From: Polyangiaceae bacterium
Lineage (GTDB): Bacteria > Myxococcota_A > Polyangia > Polyangiales > Polyangiaceae
NCBI GenBank assembly: GCA_050287085.1
Contig: JBNKBE010000004.1
Span: forward strand, 1 to 64,000
Direction of reading: 5' to 3'
DNA: 64,000 nucleotides
The notes under the pieces are model-generated. The model made no database searches, had not been told where the DNA came from, and saw only the letters and a list, made by a program, of their open reading frames with translations. Shown piece by piece: positions 1 to 9,510 of the stretch. Numbering within the stretch: position 1 is the stretch's first letter; every line of letters begins with the position of its first letter. A program made the translations under genes and the position numbers.

Positions 1-89
1 GCGGTGCCCGAGCAGCACTGCGGTGCCCGAGCAGCACTGCGGTGCCCGAGCAGCACTGCGGTGCCCGAGCAGCACTGCGGTGCCCGAGC
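1..89. repeat. 19-bp tandem repeat (GCGGTGCCCGAGCAGCACT), about 4.7 copies, possibly continuing beyond the window edge
   Basis: Identical units at 1-19, 20-38, 39-57 and 58-76, plus a partial unit at 77-89; no spacers. Confidence 0.95.
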
Positions 90-151
90 CTCATACGCCC
101 CGCTCGCGGCGGTCTCGACGACCCGCGATTGAATTTCCCCTCCGCGGGCCC

Positions 152-727
152 CTACTTGTCGCAGCGCTCGAATATGAAGGTCGCAGAGATGCGGCATGCC
201 TTGCCAGGCTGCGACTTCACCTCGGCACCATTGCACTCGACCGAGCCACGAATTCCGCCGCCCCCCTCGTAGGTCTCTTCTACGGTCGCTTGGCAGTCGG
301 TGGCGGTGAAGCTTGCGAAGTTATTCGGACTGTATAGCTGTACGGAGCCGGCGCCGGGCATTGCCCCGGTATAGTTGAAAGAAAGGCTCTCGGTGAGCGC
401 TCCGGACACGTCGTATGAGCCATTGCCTAGATCTACGACCGAGCAATCGACGGAAGCCTTGTCTTTGCCGTCTTTGACTCGAGGCAACTCCGCCGCTGTG
501 GCGCTCGTTGTGGTCCGGCTCAGACGGGAGACTTCAGTGTCGTCCGACGGCGCGTATTCGCGCGCCGTGTTGAACGCGCAGCCTCCGGGGGTGGCTGGAT
601 CGTTGGCAAGACTCACTGCAACCGTCGCCTGCGCCGGGAGCGCCGATGCCTCCGTACAGGCGGTCGCTCCGCTCAGTCCGATAAGCCCCAAGCCTAAGAT
701 CCCCATCGCACGCCCGCTGATCATCAT
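152..727 (-). CDS. Hypothetical Cys-containing lipoprotein
   Basis: ATG at 727 preceded by a GAGAGG RBS; signal peptide ending ATA-C (lipobox-like); six further Cys. The upstream extension of the ORF to 1051 overlaps the tRNA and is spurious. Confidence 0.7.
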   Translation of the reverse strand: MMISGRAMGILGLGLIGLSGATACTEASALPAQATVAVSLANDPATPGGCAFNTAREYAPSDDTEVSRLSRTTTSATAAELPRVKDGKDKASVDCSVVDLGNGSYDVSGALTESLSFNYTGAMPGAGSVQLYSPNNFASFTATDCQATVEETYEGGGGIRGSVECNGAEVKSQPGKACRISATFIFERCDK

Positions 728-948
728 TGCAGTAGAACCTCTCTCGCCTTTGTTAGCGCACAACGGGATGGCGAAGCAATCCACTTCATGTTCGGAGGTA
801 CGTGATGTGGTGCCCAGCCGGCTCGTCACGCGAAGTTTCTTGTTGGCCTCGAAGTGAGAACCCGCACTGGACTTGGGTGCATCCTGTCGGCAGCTGGGGA
901 CGGCAGATCCAGGAGCATTCTCCGCCTGGGCCGGGGCGAGTGCCCCAA

Positions 949-983
949 TAAAAAAGACCGAGCAGGGATGCCCGGTCTCTTTT
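949..983 (-). terminator. Intrinsic terminator downstream of tRNA-His
   Basis: Minus strand AGACCGGGCA-TCCC-TGCTCGGTCT followed by a T run. Confidence 0.7.
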
Positions 984-1006
984 GCCAGCTGATTGCAGTG
1001 GTCTGT

Positions 1007-1082
1007 TGGGGTGAGTGAGGGGAATTGAACCCCCGACAACCGGAGCCACAATCCGGCGCTCTACCACTGAGCTACACCCACC
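1007..1082 (-). tRNA. tRNA-His(GTG), CCA encoded
   Basis: GGTGGGTGTAGCTCAGTGGTAGAGC...CCGGA-TTGTGGC-TCCGG...GGTTCAATTCC...CCA; cloverleaf with extra 5' G. Confidence 0.97.
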
Positions 1083-1266
1083 AGGAGTCAAAAAGGGCGC
1101 TACGTTTATCTCAGCCCGAGAGCGCTGGCAAGTAGCTCGGACCAATCGGCTTGGTTGGCTGACCGTCACTCGGGCACGAGGCCGGTCACGCTAGACCCGC
1201 GCGGGCCGACTCAGGCGCGACGAAGGCGTTGAGCGTCGCCCAGATGAGACTATAAGCACCCTTCTG

Positions 1267-2004
1267 ATGGGCTTCTTCGACTTCCTCAAAAGCAAAGACG
1301 ACACCCCCAAGGCGAAGAGCCCGAAGGAGCTTGCACGCCTGACGCGTATCGTCAGCAGTAAGCTATCGCAGGACTACGATCGGCATGACGCCATTCGGGA
1401 CCTCGCGGCGATGGCCAACGAGGCGGGTTCAAAAGCCTTGTTGAAGCGTTTCGACTTCACCATGGAGCCGTCGATAACGGATCGCGATGAGAAGGAGATG
1501 GCGGCTGCGGGTATTGTCGCCGCTGGGGAGGCGGCCTTGCCGGCCATTCGAGCCTATTGTGCCACGGCAGAGAGCCTAACGTGGCCGTTGAAAGTGCTCG
1601 CTGATATCGTCAGCCCTGAGGCGTTCGTGGACGAGCTGTTGGAGCTGTTGGAGCTCTTCGACACCGAATACGTGCGCAATAGTGAACCCAAGGTGCAGCT
1701 CATTCAGCTGCTGCAGGATCACCCGAGCGAAGATGTGCGTCTCTCCACTGAGCCTTTCCTCCGCGATGTCAACGAGGGAGTCCGTTTCGCGGCTGCGGCC
1801 ACGGTATTTGCGACAGGCTCCGAGGCGTCCGCAGTTGCCATGAGCGAAGCGCTTGAGGAAGAGGAGTCGCTCCGGGTCAAGAATCGGATCGCGGGAGGAC
1901 TAGCCGACAAGGGCTGGCGGATCCCGGAGGCTATGACTGGACGCGTCGAAGCCGCGCTACCACCCGAATTCGCAGTAGCGGGCGGGTGCGTCGTTCGTCG
2001 ATAG
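1267..2004 (+). CDS. HEAT-repeat domain protein
   Basis: Helical repeats with HEAT-like motifs (FLRDVNEGVRFAAA, LEEEESLRVKNRIA); TATAAG immediately upstream. Confidence 0.75.
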   Translation: MGFFDFLKSKDDTPKAKSPKELARLTRIVSSKLSQDYDRHDAIRDLAAMANEAGSKALLKRFDFTMEPSITDRDEKEMAAAGIVAAGEAALPAIRAYCATAESLTWPLKVLADIVSPEAFVDELLELLELFDTEYVRNSEPKVQLIQLLQDHPSEDVRLSTEPFLRDVNEGVRFAAAATVFATGSEASAVAMSEALEEEESLRVKNRIAGGLADKGWRIPEAMTGRVEAALPPEFAVAGGCVVRR

Positions 2005-2170
2005 CGACGACGTCCATCGCGGCGCCCAGCGTTCGCACCCGATGTTAAGCAGGGGCCGAGCCCAACGTGGTGTGGGTTTCTGCGGACTCCCCGGAGGCTC
2101 ATTGCTCCCATTGGCAGCGACGCCGATGAGCAGCAAGGGCGTAGACCCGACTTCAACGCGCCCCGGTCTG

Positions 2171-2219
2171 AACAAAACAGGAACGCGGGTCGTGCTCGTT
2201 GGCACTTCCCGCGTTCTTG
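2171..2219 (-). terminator. Intrinsic terminator after the beta-barrel gene pair
   Basis: Minus strand CAAGAACGCGGG...CCCGCGTTCCTG stem followed by TTTTGTT. Confidence 0.6.
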
Positions 2220-2285
2220 CAGCTCGTCACCTGGGCAGGCCCCTGAGCTCTTGCAGCGTCTGGGCCTACCGGATCTTGTGTTGCT

Positions 2286-3155
2286 CTATTCGCTGACGTC
2301 GTTGTCAAACGGAAGACTGATGCCGAAGCTCAGCGTGATCATCTGATTGAATCGGAACTCACGGTCTGCATCATCGACGTTCAAGTCGGGGAAATCGTCG
2401 TCGGGTCCGCCGCCGCGATTGTCAAAGCCGCCGATATTGCGCTTGAAAGGTAGACCTCGCCATTCCGCAGCCAGAGAGCCCCAGCTTGCGAGATAGAAGC
2501 TCAAGCCCAAGCCAAAGGTGGGGGCGATAGCCATTCGGGTTTCCGTCTGGAACGGGACTTCGGTACACCCGCTGCCGTTGACGCGACTGGTTTCGCACGT
2601 GGCCCTCTCTGTCAGACCTACAAAGCCCACGCCGCCGAAGAGATAGAGATCCGTGTCGATGTAGACGCTTTCAAACAGCCCGATCTTGCCGCGGAAGGGA
2701 ACCAAAGTAACTTGGGGCGCTGCCACCCAATCTATACTTCCTAGCTGGTCGGCGAAGTCGGTTCCCATGTTCCGCCTGGTCAAGCTGGCGTTGAACTGGT
2801 CCTGACCAGCTCTGCGGCGAGCGTTGACGCCTTGAATCTCGTCTGCAAGGCCGGTCTGAAGCTTGAGCGCTCCAAAACCGCCCCAACCGCCGATCCCAAG
2901 CCAGTCGGTGATGTTGTAGGTGAGGCGCCCTCCGACCAAGATGGTTCTCTGGTACTCGTCGAGCAAGGTGAACGAAACGGACGGCGCGACCTCCAACCGA
3001 CCTTTCCGGTAGAGCCTAAGCTGGCGCACCGCTGGAGCACCCGCCAAAGGACCCGAGATCGGAATCTCCTGCGCTTGAGCCGTACCTTCTGAGACCGTGG
3101 CGATCGCAAGTGCGGCGAGGGCCGAGGCGACGAGCTTGAGGGCTTGTTGCTTCAT
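2286..3155 (-). CDS. Myxobacterial outer-membrane beta-barrel protein (GltA/GltB/GltH family); alternative start 3200
   Basis: Signal peptide AQA-Q; motifs RKGRLEVAP, YNITDWLGI, PFRGKIGLF, DLYLFGGVG; alternating beta-strand pattern. Confidence 0.75.
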   Translation of the reverse strand: MKQQALKLVASALAALAIATVSEGTAQAQEIPISGPLAGAPAVRQLRLYRKGRLEVAPSVSFTLLDEYQRTILVGGRLTYNITDWLGIGGWGGFGALKLQTGLADEIQGVNARRRAGQDQFNASLTRRNMGTDFADQLGSIDWVAAPQVTLVPFRGKIGLFESVYIDTDLYLFGGVGFVGLTERATCETSRVNGSGCTEVPFQTETRMAIAPTFGLGLSFYLASWGSLAAEWRGLPFKRNIGGFDNRGGGPDDDFPDLNVDDADREFRFNQMITLSFGISLPFDNDVSE

Positions 3156-3211
3156 GTGTGTCACTTTCGCTTTCCCGTTTACTGCAACGTAACTGGTCAT
3201 GCCCCGTGCCC

Positions 3212-4198
3212 TTACTTCGGCAGTCGGTACTCGAAGGAGAATGGGAAGAAGATGGACAACCCAAGCTGCGCCTGAACCGCATTGGTCAGCTGCAGTGTGT
3301 CGCTCTTCCAGGTGGCTTGATCTTCTTCACCGCCCATGGGCGTCTCGATATTCTCAAGCTCGTCGTTGAAGATGTAGTCGCGCACTTCCAGTGTCGCGGC
3401 GAACCAGCGATTGAAGAAGATGTGAACGCCAAGGCCAGCATTGAAAGCGAGCTTGGGCTTGTAGTCGAAGTAGCGGTTGTCGGGATCGATTACGGGGATC
3501 GGGCGAGTGCTGATCGCTCCCACACCGCCTACGACATAAGCGTCGTACTGGAAGATGAAGTCCTGAAACGCCGCGAACTTGCCCATGACCGGCGCGTAGG
3601 TGAAGTTCAGCGCCGCCCCCCAATCGTACTCGGTCAGAGGTACGCCGATACGAGCCGCTCGCCGCGTCTGGTAGTTGAAGACTGAGTCGGTGTTGAATGG
3701 ACGGTAGAACGTGCCGTTTACGCCGATGGCCAGAACGTTCGTGATCCAATAGTTGAAGCCGAGCCCGGGAGCGTCATGACTGACGTATTGATCGTTGAGC
3801 GTGAGGCCCCAGAAGGGCTGAAACTCAACGCGGTGCCGTCGCAGAACGAAGATCTGCTGTACGGCATAGAGGGGCTCTCGAATAGGCTTGGCCGCCTCTC
3901 TCGGAATGTCCAGGGTAGGGCAGGCTTCAGGATCGATTTCGCAGATCGCCCCGAGGTCACCCTCGCCGGGGTCATCAGCGGACGCTTCCTCTTCGGTTGC
4001 CCCCTCGTCGTCACCCTCATCGTCTGCGGATTCCTCTTCGCCTTCATCGTCATCGTCAGCGACGGCGTCATCGTCGTCGCCTTCGCTTTCGTCGTCGGCT
4101 TCGACTTCCTCGCTTTCGTCGTCCTGGGCAAAGCCTGTAACAGGGTAGCTGCAGAGCGCTACGACCGCAGCGATAACCACTGTGCGTATCTTCTTCAT
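3212..4198 (-). CDS. Myxobacterial outer-membrane beta-barrel protein (GltB/GltA family) with acidic N-terminal linker
   Basis: Signal peptide; AVQQIFVLRRHRVEFQP, LNDQY, PVMGKFA, EVRDYIF and C-terminal GLSIFFPFSFEY. Confidence 0.78.
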   Translation of the reverse strand: MKKIRTVVIAAVVALCSYPVTGFAQDDESEEVEADDESEGDDDDAVADDDDEGEEESADDEGDDEGATEEEASADDPGEGDLGAICEIDPEACPTLDIPREAAKPIREPLYAVQQIFVLRRHRVEFQPFWGLTLNDQYVSHDAPGLGFNYWITNVLAIGVNGTFYRPFNTDSVFNYQTRRAARIGVPLTEYDWGAALNFTYAPVMGKFAAFQDFIFQYDAYVVGGVGAISTRPIPVIDPDNRYFDYKPKLAFNAGLGVHIFFNRWFAATLEVRDYIFNDELENIETPMGGEEDQATWKSDTLQLTNAVQAQLGLSIFFPFSFEYRLPK

Positions 4199-4455
4199 CG
4201 ATGCCTTCTTCCGCTATCCCCGACGACGACGCGCGTCGCAGCGGCCGTTGCGGTCCGTTAACTGAGCCCAAATCCGTGGTCTATTGGCGGCCATGGCGCG
4301 CTTGTAAGCTACTGAAATTGATGGGCAATTCATCGGACCCTGAGTGGCCGCGACTATATCACGCGCATTTTGGGGGTTTCAATATAGAAACGAGGCTCCG
4401 AGCCGTGAGCCTAGGGTTGCAAAAAAACCGGTGAAACTTTCCTTTTGAACCACCA

Positions 4456-5643
4456 TCACTCATCCCGCCCAAGGAGAGCTTCAACGAATGACCCCGCACT
4501 GAACTCGTGCAAGTCGTTGGGGCGTTCCCCTACGCCGACGTAGCGCACGGGCAGCTTCAGTCCGTCGCTTATCGCCAAGATGAAGCCACCCTTCGCGGTT
4601 CCGTCGAGTTTGGTCAGTACCACACCTGTTAGGCCCAGAGCGTCCTGAAACTCTTTGGCTTGGGCCAGGGCGTTCTGACCGGTGGTACCATCGAGAACGA
4701 GAAGAGTCTCGTGGGGCGCGCCGTCCATCGCTTTGCCCAGAGTGCGCTGAATCTTCTGCATCTCGCTCATGAGGTTCGACTTGGTGTGGAGCCTTCCGGC
4801 CGAGTCCGCGAGAACGATGTCGGCGCCGGTCTCCTGGGCCTTCTTGATCGCCTCGAAGACAACGCTTGCGGGATCAGCGCCGTCCTTGCCACGCACCACC
4901 TCACAACCAATCCGCTGGCCCCATACGATGAGCTGCTGCACGGCGGCGGCCCTGAAGGTGTCACCGGCGGCGAGGACACAGGTCTTGCCGGCCGCCTGCA
5001 GCTGGGTCGCCAGCTTGCCGATGGTCGTGGTCTTTCCAGCGCCGTTCACTCCTACTAGCAAGACGACGGTGGGCTTGGCCTTGAGCTGAAGGCCCCGCGC
5101 TTGACCATCCATATCGAGCATGCGCGTGGCGATCTTCCGAAGCTGGCTCCAGACCTTGTCCTCGTCTTGGAGATCGGCACCGGCCAGGCTTGTCTTGAGC
5201 TCCTGTACCAGTGCAGCCGTTGTCGCGGTACCAACGTCAGCGCTCAGCAATACCTCCTCGATGGCCTCCGCGAGCGCGTCGTCCATCGTCGTTTTGCCTG
5301 AGAACAGGGCACGCAGGCGACCGAACAGGCCGTCTTCGCCCCGCGCGCGACCCAAGCCTTTGCGCAGGCCAGCAACGTCCACCTCGCGTTCCGGAAGCGG
5401 GGCGGGGAGCGCTGACTTTGAAGACGGCTCGGAGGGAACATCCACCTCTTTGCCGCGCGGGTCCGCCGGTAGACGTGTGTCTTGCGGCGGTGCTTCCGCT
5501 TTCCGGGCGTCGTTAGTACCCGATCCCGCCTTCCCCTCGGAAGCCGGCTTTGGGAGCGCGTCACCGGTGCGCTTCCCGCTGCGGAAGAGGAGAATGATGA
5601 GGCCGAGGACGGCCGCAATGACGAGATAATAGATGCTGTCCAT
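4456..5643 (-). CDS. ftsY: Signal recognition particle receptor FtsY with N-terminal TM anchor
   Basis: GVNGAGKTTTIGKLA, DTFRAAA, DSAGRLHTK, TGQNA, TKLDGTAKGG. Confidence 0.97.
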   Translation of the reverse strand: MDSIYYLVIAAVLGLIILLFRSGKRTGDALPKPASEGKAGSGTNDARKAEAPPQDTRLPADPRGKEVDVPSEPSSKSALPAPLPEREVDVAGLRKGLGRARGEDGLFGRLRALFSGKTTMDDALAEAIEEVLLSADVGTATTAALVQELKTSLAGADLQDEDKVWSQLRKIATRMLDMDGQARGLQLKAKPTVVLLVGVNGAGKTTTIGKLATQLQAAGKTCVLAAGDTFRAAAVQQLIVWGQRIGCEVVRGKDGADPASVVFEAIKKAQETGADIVLADSAGRLHTKSNLMSEMQKIQRTLGKAMDGAPHETLLVLDGTTGQNALAQAKEFQDALGLTGVVLTKLDGTAKGGFILAISDGLKLPVRYVGVGERPNDLHEFSAGSFVEALLGRDE

Positions 5644-5743
5644 GAGCGCGATTCGGCGATGGCTTAGAGGTCGCGGCGACTATGCTGTGCTGGTGCTCAC
5701 CCGTCAACGCTTGATGGTGTGGGGTCGGTCGCGAGGGCGGAGC

Positions 5744-7456
5744 TCACGTTCCCCGCTCGGGCTTGGCGAGTGGAGGACTTTGATAGAGTCCGCTCTCGGG
5801 AGCAACTTCCTCGGGGCCGTATACGGCGGACTCGAGGGCAGTGGCCCAGCGCGTTACATCCTCGCGACCCACTTGTTCGGCGCGTTGAGCTGTTTGCGCG
5901 GGTGTGGTTGGGGGATCTCGCCAGGGAGCGCCGCTTTCGAGTTGCCATCGCTGCAGCCGCATCAGTAGCCCGCGTCGGATCTGGACGAGCCGTATCGTGA
6001 CCGGCCCCGAAGAGGGAAGTGATAGCGTGGCTGTTTCGTAGCCCGGCGCTTCCACCCGCCAACGCCCCGCTGCGCAGGAGCTCTCTGGGGGCAAGCTAAA
6101 AGTGCCGTCCGCTCGCGTGCACAGCGACGCCCTCCTCGATTCGGCGTCCAAAGTGGCTGTGAGGGTCAGCTTCCCCATGACGCCGGCTCCGGTGTGGGCG
6201 TCGACGATTCGGCCGGGGGGCGCTGCTTCCGGTCTGGGCGCGGCTGCGTCGGAGAGGCTTTCGGCGGACGTGACGGGGCTTTGTCCGTGCGTTTTGCGCC
6301 TAGGACGCCACCACTGCGGCACAAGCCACGCGATGGCCATCAGCGCCAAGGCTACGGGGGCGTAGCCGAGCCAGCTGAACGGGCGCGAAGGAAGGGTCAG
6401 CGAGAGTGCGGGCCCTGGAAGCAGCGCTGGGTTTTGGGACGCAAAGGCTAGCTCGACCGCGTGTTCAGCCCCCAGCTTCGCCGCGCCCGGCGCGAACGTG
6501 AGACGGGCGACCCCAGCGCTGACCGCTGCGGTGGCGAGAACATCTTTTCCCTGTTGCGCCCGGACTAGGCCTTCGTCGACGGGGAAGCCGCCACTGGTGG
6601 CGGAGAGTTCAGCAGTCACCGCGCCGGACGCTTGCGCAACGGTCTTTCGGACGCTCAGTTCGACGGGCAGCGAGTGCAGCAGCGGGGCTTCGCTCACGAC
6701 TTCCCGAAGGCGATCGGCGAAGCCTACTTGTACGATGAGCGCGCCCGGCGCTCCCAATGCCGCAGTGGGGACCGGGTGCACGAGGGGCGTCAGCTCCGAG
6801 GCCAGCCCCTGGGTTTCGTAGCGTGCCGTCCCTGCCGGATCGACCACGCGAAGCCATACGCCGATCCGTTCCTCGGGGCGCTGGGCCCCCCTCACTTCGA
6901 TTCCAAGTCGAAGTGTTGCGGCGCTTTCCAGGGAGGAGGGTAGAGGCGTGACGCTGGGCTTCAGTTCGGGGCGTTGCATGGCGGCTGTCGGAGCTCGCGT
7001 CGCGCTGCCAATAAGCGTTTCGTCGCCGGACGCCCAGAGCTCGATTGGCCCATTCGGAGGTTGAGCAAAAGTGAAGCAGAAGCGACCCTTTTCGTCCGTA
7101 CGCGGCTCGGCACCGCAAGGACGACCCTGGCCGGAGCTCTCGCTTATGGGGATGCCGCGTAGGCTCCGCCCCAGCGAATCGCGTGCGATTCCAGTGAGCG
7201 TGCCTCCGGCACGACTTGGGCTCCAACGCAATTCCTCGAGGCCGATGGTGTCCGTGACGCGAACGGGGGCAGCCGACGCCGCGGCGGCAATGCTCAGCGT
7301 CGCGAGGCTCAACAGACGGCCCAGATGAGCCGAATGGCCTCGGTATACCGGCTCGCTTGACCCCTGATGGGAGCGAGCTCGACGTGGGGGATTGTCGTCG
7401 GAACTCACCCAAAAATTTCGGCCCGGATGACTCCAGACACTGTGCCGGCGTCGCAT
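5744..7456 (-). CDS. Hypothetical exported/membrane protein with carboxypeptidase-regulatory-like beta domains; start uncertain and probably later (about 7408)
   Basis: Signal-like segment LLSLATLSIAAAASA; one TM (WLGYAPVALALMAIAWLV); motifs GRIVDAHTG, TRADGTFSL, VEAPGYE. Confidence 0.6.
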   Translation of the reverse strand: MRRRHSVWSHPGRNFWVSSDDNPPRRARSHQGSSEPVYRGHSAHLGRLLSLATLSIAAAASAAPVRVTDTIGLEELRWSPSRAGGTLTGIARDSLGRSLRGIPISESSGQGRPCGAEPRTDEKGRFCFTFAQPPNGPIELWASGDETLIGSATRAPTAAMQRPELKPSVTPLPSSLESAATLRLGIEVRGAQRPEERIGVWLRVVDPAGTARYETQGLASELTPLVHPVPTAALGAPGALIVQVGFADRLREVVSEAPLLHSLPVELSVRKTVAQASGAVTAELSATSGGFPVDEGLVRAQQGKDVLATAAVSAGVARLTFAPGAAKLGAEHAVELAFASQNPALLPGPALSLTLPSRPFSWLGYAPVALALMAIAWLVPQWWRPRRKTHGQSPVTSAESLSDAAAPRPEAAPPGRIVDAHTGAGVMGKLTLTATLDAESRRASLCTRADGTFSLPPESSCAAGRWRVEAPGYETATLSLPSSGPVTIRLVQIRRGLLMRLQRWQLESGAPWRDPPTTPAQTAQRAEQVGREDVTRWATALESAVYGPEEVAPESGLYQSPPLAKPERGT

Positions 7457-7475
7457 TGTGTTAGCTTAATACCCG

Positions 7476-8321
7476 ATGCGGCGCTCGACTCACACCGTTG
7501 TGCTCGTGCGCGCTGCTGCCTTCCGCGCCGCCACGTTGTGCGCGGCGGGGTTGTGCCTCGCACTCCTACTCTACAGTGCCTCCGCTTTTGCACAAGACTC
7601 CGGGGTAGCCGAGTTAGCGCGTCGTCTCCGAAGCGGGTCGGACTTTCGAGTGCGAACCCAGGCGGCGCTAGCGCTGGGCGCCTCCGGTTCGGCTCGGGCG
7701 GTGGTTCCGCTCTGTCGCGGGCTCAATGATCCCAGCCAGTCTGTCCGCGCTGCGGCGGCCGCGGCGCTTGGAAAGTTGCGCAAGGGGGGCCTGAAATGTT
7801 TGCAGCGTCGGATCCGCAGCGAGGGTCACGAGGCGGTGCGGGCGGCACTTCGCCGCGCTGTGGTGCAATTGAGTCACCCGGACGCCTTTGCCTTGAAGCC
7901 GGGGACCCGTTTGGTGGTGCAGCTCGGAGAGACGAAGCAGGAGGGGCCCCTGGCAGCGCCGCTCGCGGCGCGTCACGCCTCGGCCAGTTTGGCTGCATCA
8001 TTTCGCGCCCTGGAAGATGCCGTCGTGGCTCCGCCCGAAGCGGCCGAGGCGTCCATCCTCCAAGCTTTGGCTGGACACGACGAGGTCAGGGCGCTCTATC
8101 TCCTGCCCAAGATCCAAGTCCGTGACAGCGACGGTACGCTACGGCTTGAGCTGGAGGTGACCTTGTTCGTCCTGGAAGGCCGGACCCTGCTGGGTACAGC
8201 CAGAAAGAAGCTGGCTATGCCCGACACCCGCGCGAGCGACCAGGCGAGTTTGCGCGAACTTATCGAAATGGCCGCTCGCGGAATGGCTGCGGACATTCGC
8301 AAGACGGCCAGTCGCATCTAG
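7476..8321 (+). CDS. Exported HEAT-repeat protein
   Basis: Signal peptide AFA-Q; DFRVRTQAALALG and LNDPSQSVRAAAAAALG HEAT motifs. Confidence 0.72.
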   Translation: MRRSTHTVVLVRAAAFRAATLCAAGLCLALLLYSASAFAQDSGVAELARRLRSGSDFRVRTQAALALGASGSARAVVPLCRGLNDPSQSVRAAAAAALGKLRKGGLKCLQRRIRSEGHEAVRAALRRAVVQLSHPDAFALKPGTRLVVQLGETKQEGPLAAPLAARHASASLAASFRALEDAVVAPPEAAEASILQALAGHDEVRALYLLPKIQVRDSDGTLRLELEVTLFVLEGRTLLGTARKKLAMPDTRASDQASLRELIEMAARGMAADIRKTASRI

Positions 8322-8338
8322 AGTACAGGAGAAGTCGC

Positions 8339-9067
8339 GTGGAAACCTCGTCACATCCCCGTCAGCGAAAGCTCCGGAACTTCCTTCTCGACCCCAAGTT
8401 CCAGCTTCGCTACGCGAACTTTGCTGCGCTGTCTGCGCTCGCCTTGGCGCTCGTCTTGGGCAGCGTCCTATGGCGTACCAGCGTTGCGGCCATCGAGACC
8501 AGCCGAGTCGCCGTGGGGTTGGGCGAAAAGGTGGTACAGGAGAGCCGCAAAGTCAGCGAGGTCGTGCGCATGAACATAGTTCAAGATCCCGCCTATGCTG
8601 ATGAAGATGCCCTGCGCTCGCTCTTTGAGGCCGACGCGGAGGCACAGGCGCGCGGTCTCGAGAAGAAGCAAGCCGAGCTTCGTGGACAGTCGGACAAGCT
8701 GGCGGCCATCCGCGTGCGCGTGGCCATAGTCCTGATTGGAGCCTTGACCCTATTGGTTGTGGCCCTGTGGATTGGTGCGATCGTCCTAACGCACAAGGTT
8801 GCTGGCCCGATCTACAAGATGCGGCGGCAGCTGCGCGAGCTGGAAGCGGGTAACCTTCGCATTCCGGTGGGCCTCCGGAAAGGGGATCAACTCGAGTCCT
8901 TCTTCGGGGCTTTCAACGACATGGTGCTGGCGCTCCGCGAACGGCAGGCCCAGGAAATCGCTCAACTGGATCGCGCCATAGAGGGGCTCGAGGCCCAGGT
9001 TCAGGCGGCGCAACTGAACGAACTAAGAGAGCTCAGGGCGGAGATGCAGGCGTCGCTTGACGCCTGA
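8339..9067 (+). CDS. Two-TM HAMP-domain protein without an output domain
   Basis: AGGAGA RBS; LLDPKFQLRY, two TM helices, THKVAGPIYK...LRKGDQL...FNDM HAMP signature. Confidence 0.8.
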   Translation: METSSHPRQRKLRNFLLDPKFQLRYANFAALSALALALVLGSVLWRTSVAAIETSRVAVGLGEKVVQESRKVSEVVRMNIVQDPAYADEDALRSLFEADAEAQARGLEKKQAELRGQSDKLAAIRVRVAIVLIGALTLLVVALWIGAIVLTHKVAGPIYKMRRQLRELEAGNLRIPVGLRKGDQLESFFGAFNDMVLALRERQAQEIAQLDRAIEGLEAQVQAAQLNELRELRAEMQASLDA

Positions 9068-9071
9068 GCGG

Positions 9072-9467
9072 TCACTTGTGATGGGCCGATAGTGCTCCGG
9101 CCACATAGGTTATCCGAGCTCCGCTGGGTGTGAAGTCAACGGAAGCTGCGTCGAGTCGGAGGTGCGTCACCGTCGGATCCCAGCGATAGCGCTGCGCCCA
9201 CAACCTACGCGCGGCGCGTTGGATTCGCTCTCGCTTGTCCCGCCCGAGGCTGCCAAACGCGCTGGTGAAGCGCCGACTCGTGCGTGTGCGCACCTCCACT
9301 ACCACCACCAGCGAACCTCGCCGGGCGACCAAGTCCAACTCCAGGGGCCCGAAGCGAAGGTTTGTCCCCTCGAGCGAAAACCCCCGCAACTGGAGCCAGT
9401 CAGCTACAGCCTGCTCGGCACGCCGGCCGCGATCCCACGCCTCGGCGCGCTTGTTTGCAGTCACCAC
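9072..9467 (-). CDS. yraN: YraN (UPF0102) family protein
   Basis: GRRAEQAV...ELDLVARRG...VVVEVRTR, LRLDAASV. Confidence 0.85.
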   Translation of the reverse strand: MVTANKRAEAWDRGRRAEQAVADWLQLRGFSLEGTNLRFGPLELDLVARRGSLVVVVEVRTRTSRRFTSAFGSLGRDKRERIQRAARRLWAQRYRWDPTVTHLRLDAASVDFTPSGARITYVAGALSAHHK

Positions 9468-9510
9468 CTCTAGTCGGAGCCAGCGGAGGCGAGTTGCGCC
9501 TTCTTTCAGC

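Noticed and set aside
1..337. ORFs 23..337 and 42..272; CRISPR interpretation of the 19-bp repeat
   Set aside because: The ORFs are artefacts of the repeat and antisense to a real gene; the repeat has no spacers
728..1051. N-terminal extension of ORF 152..1051
   Set aside because: Overlaps tRNA-His and its terminator; a good RBS and signal peptide start at 727
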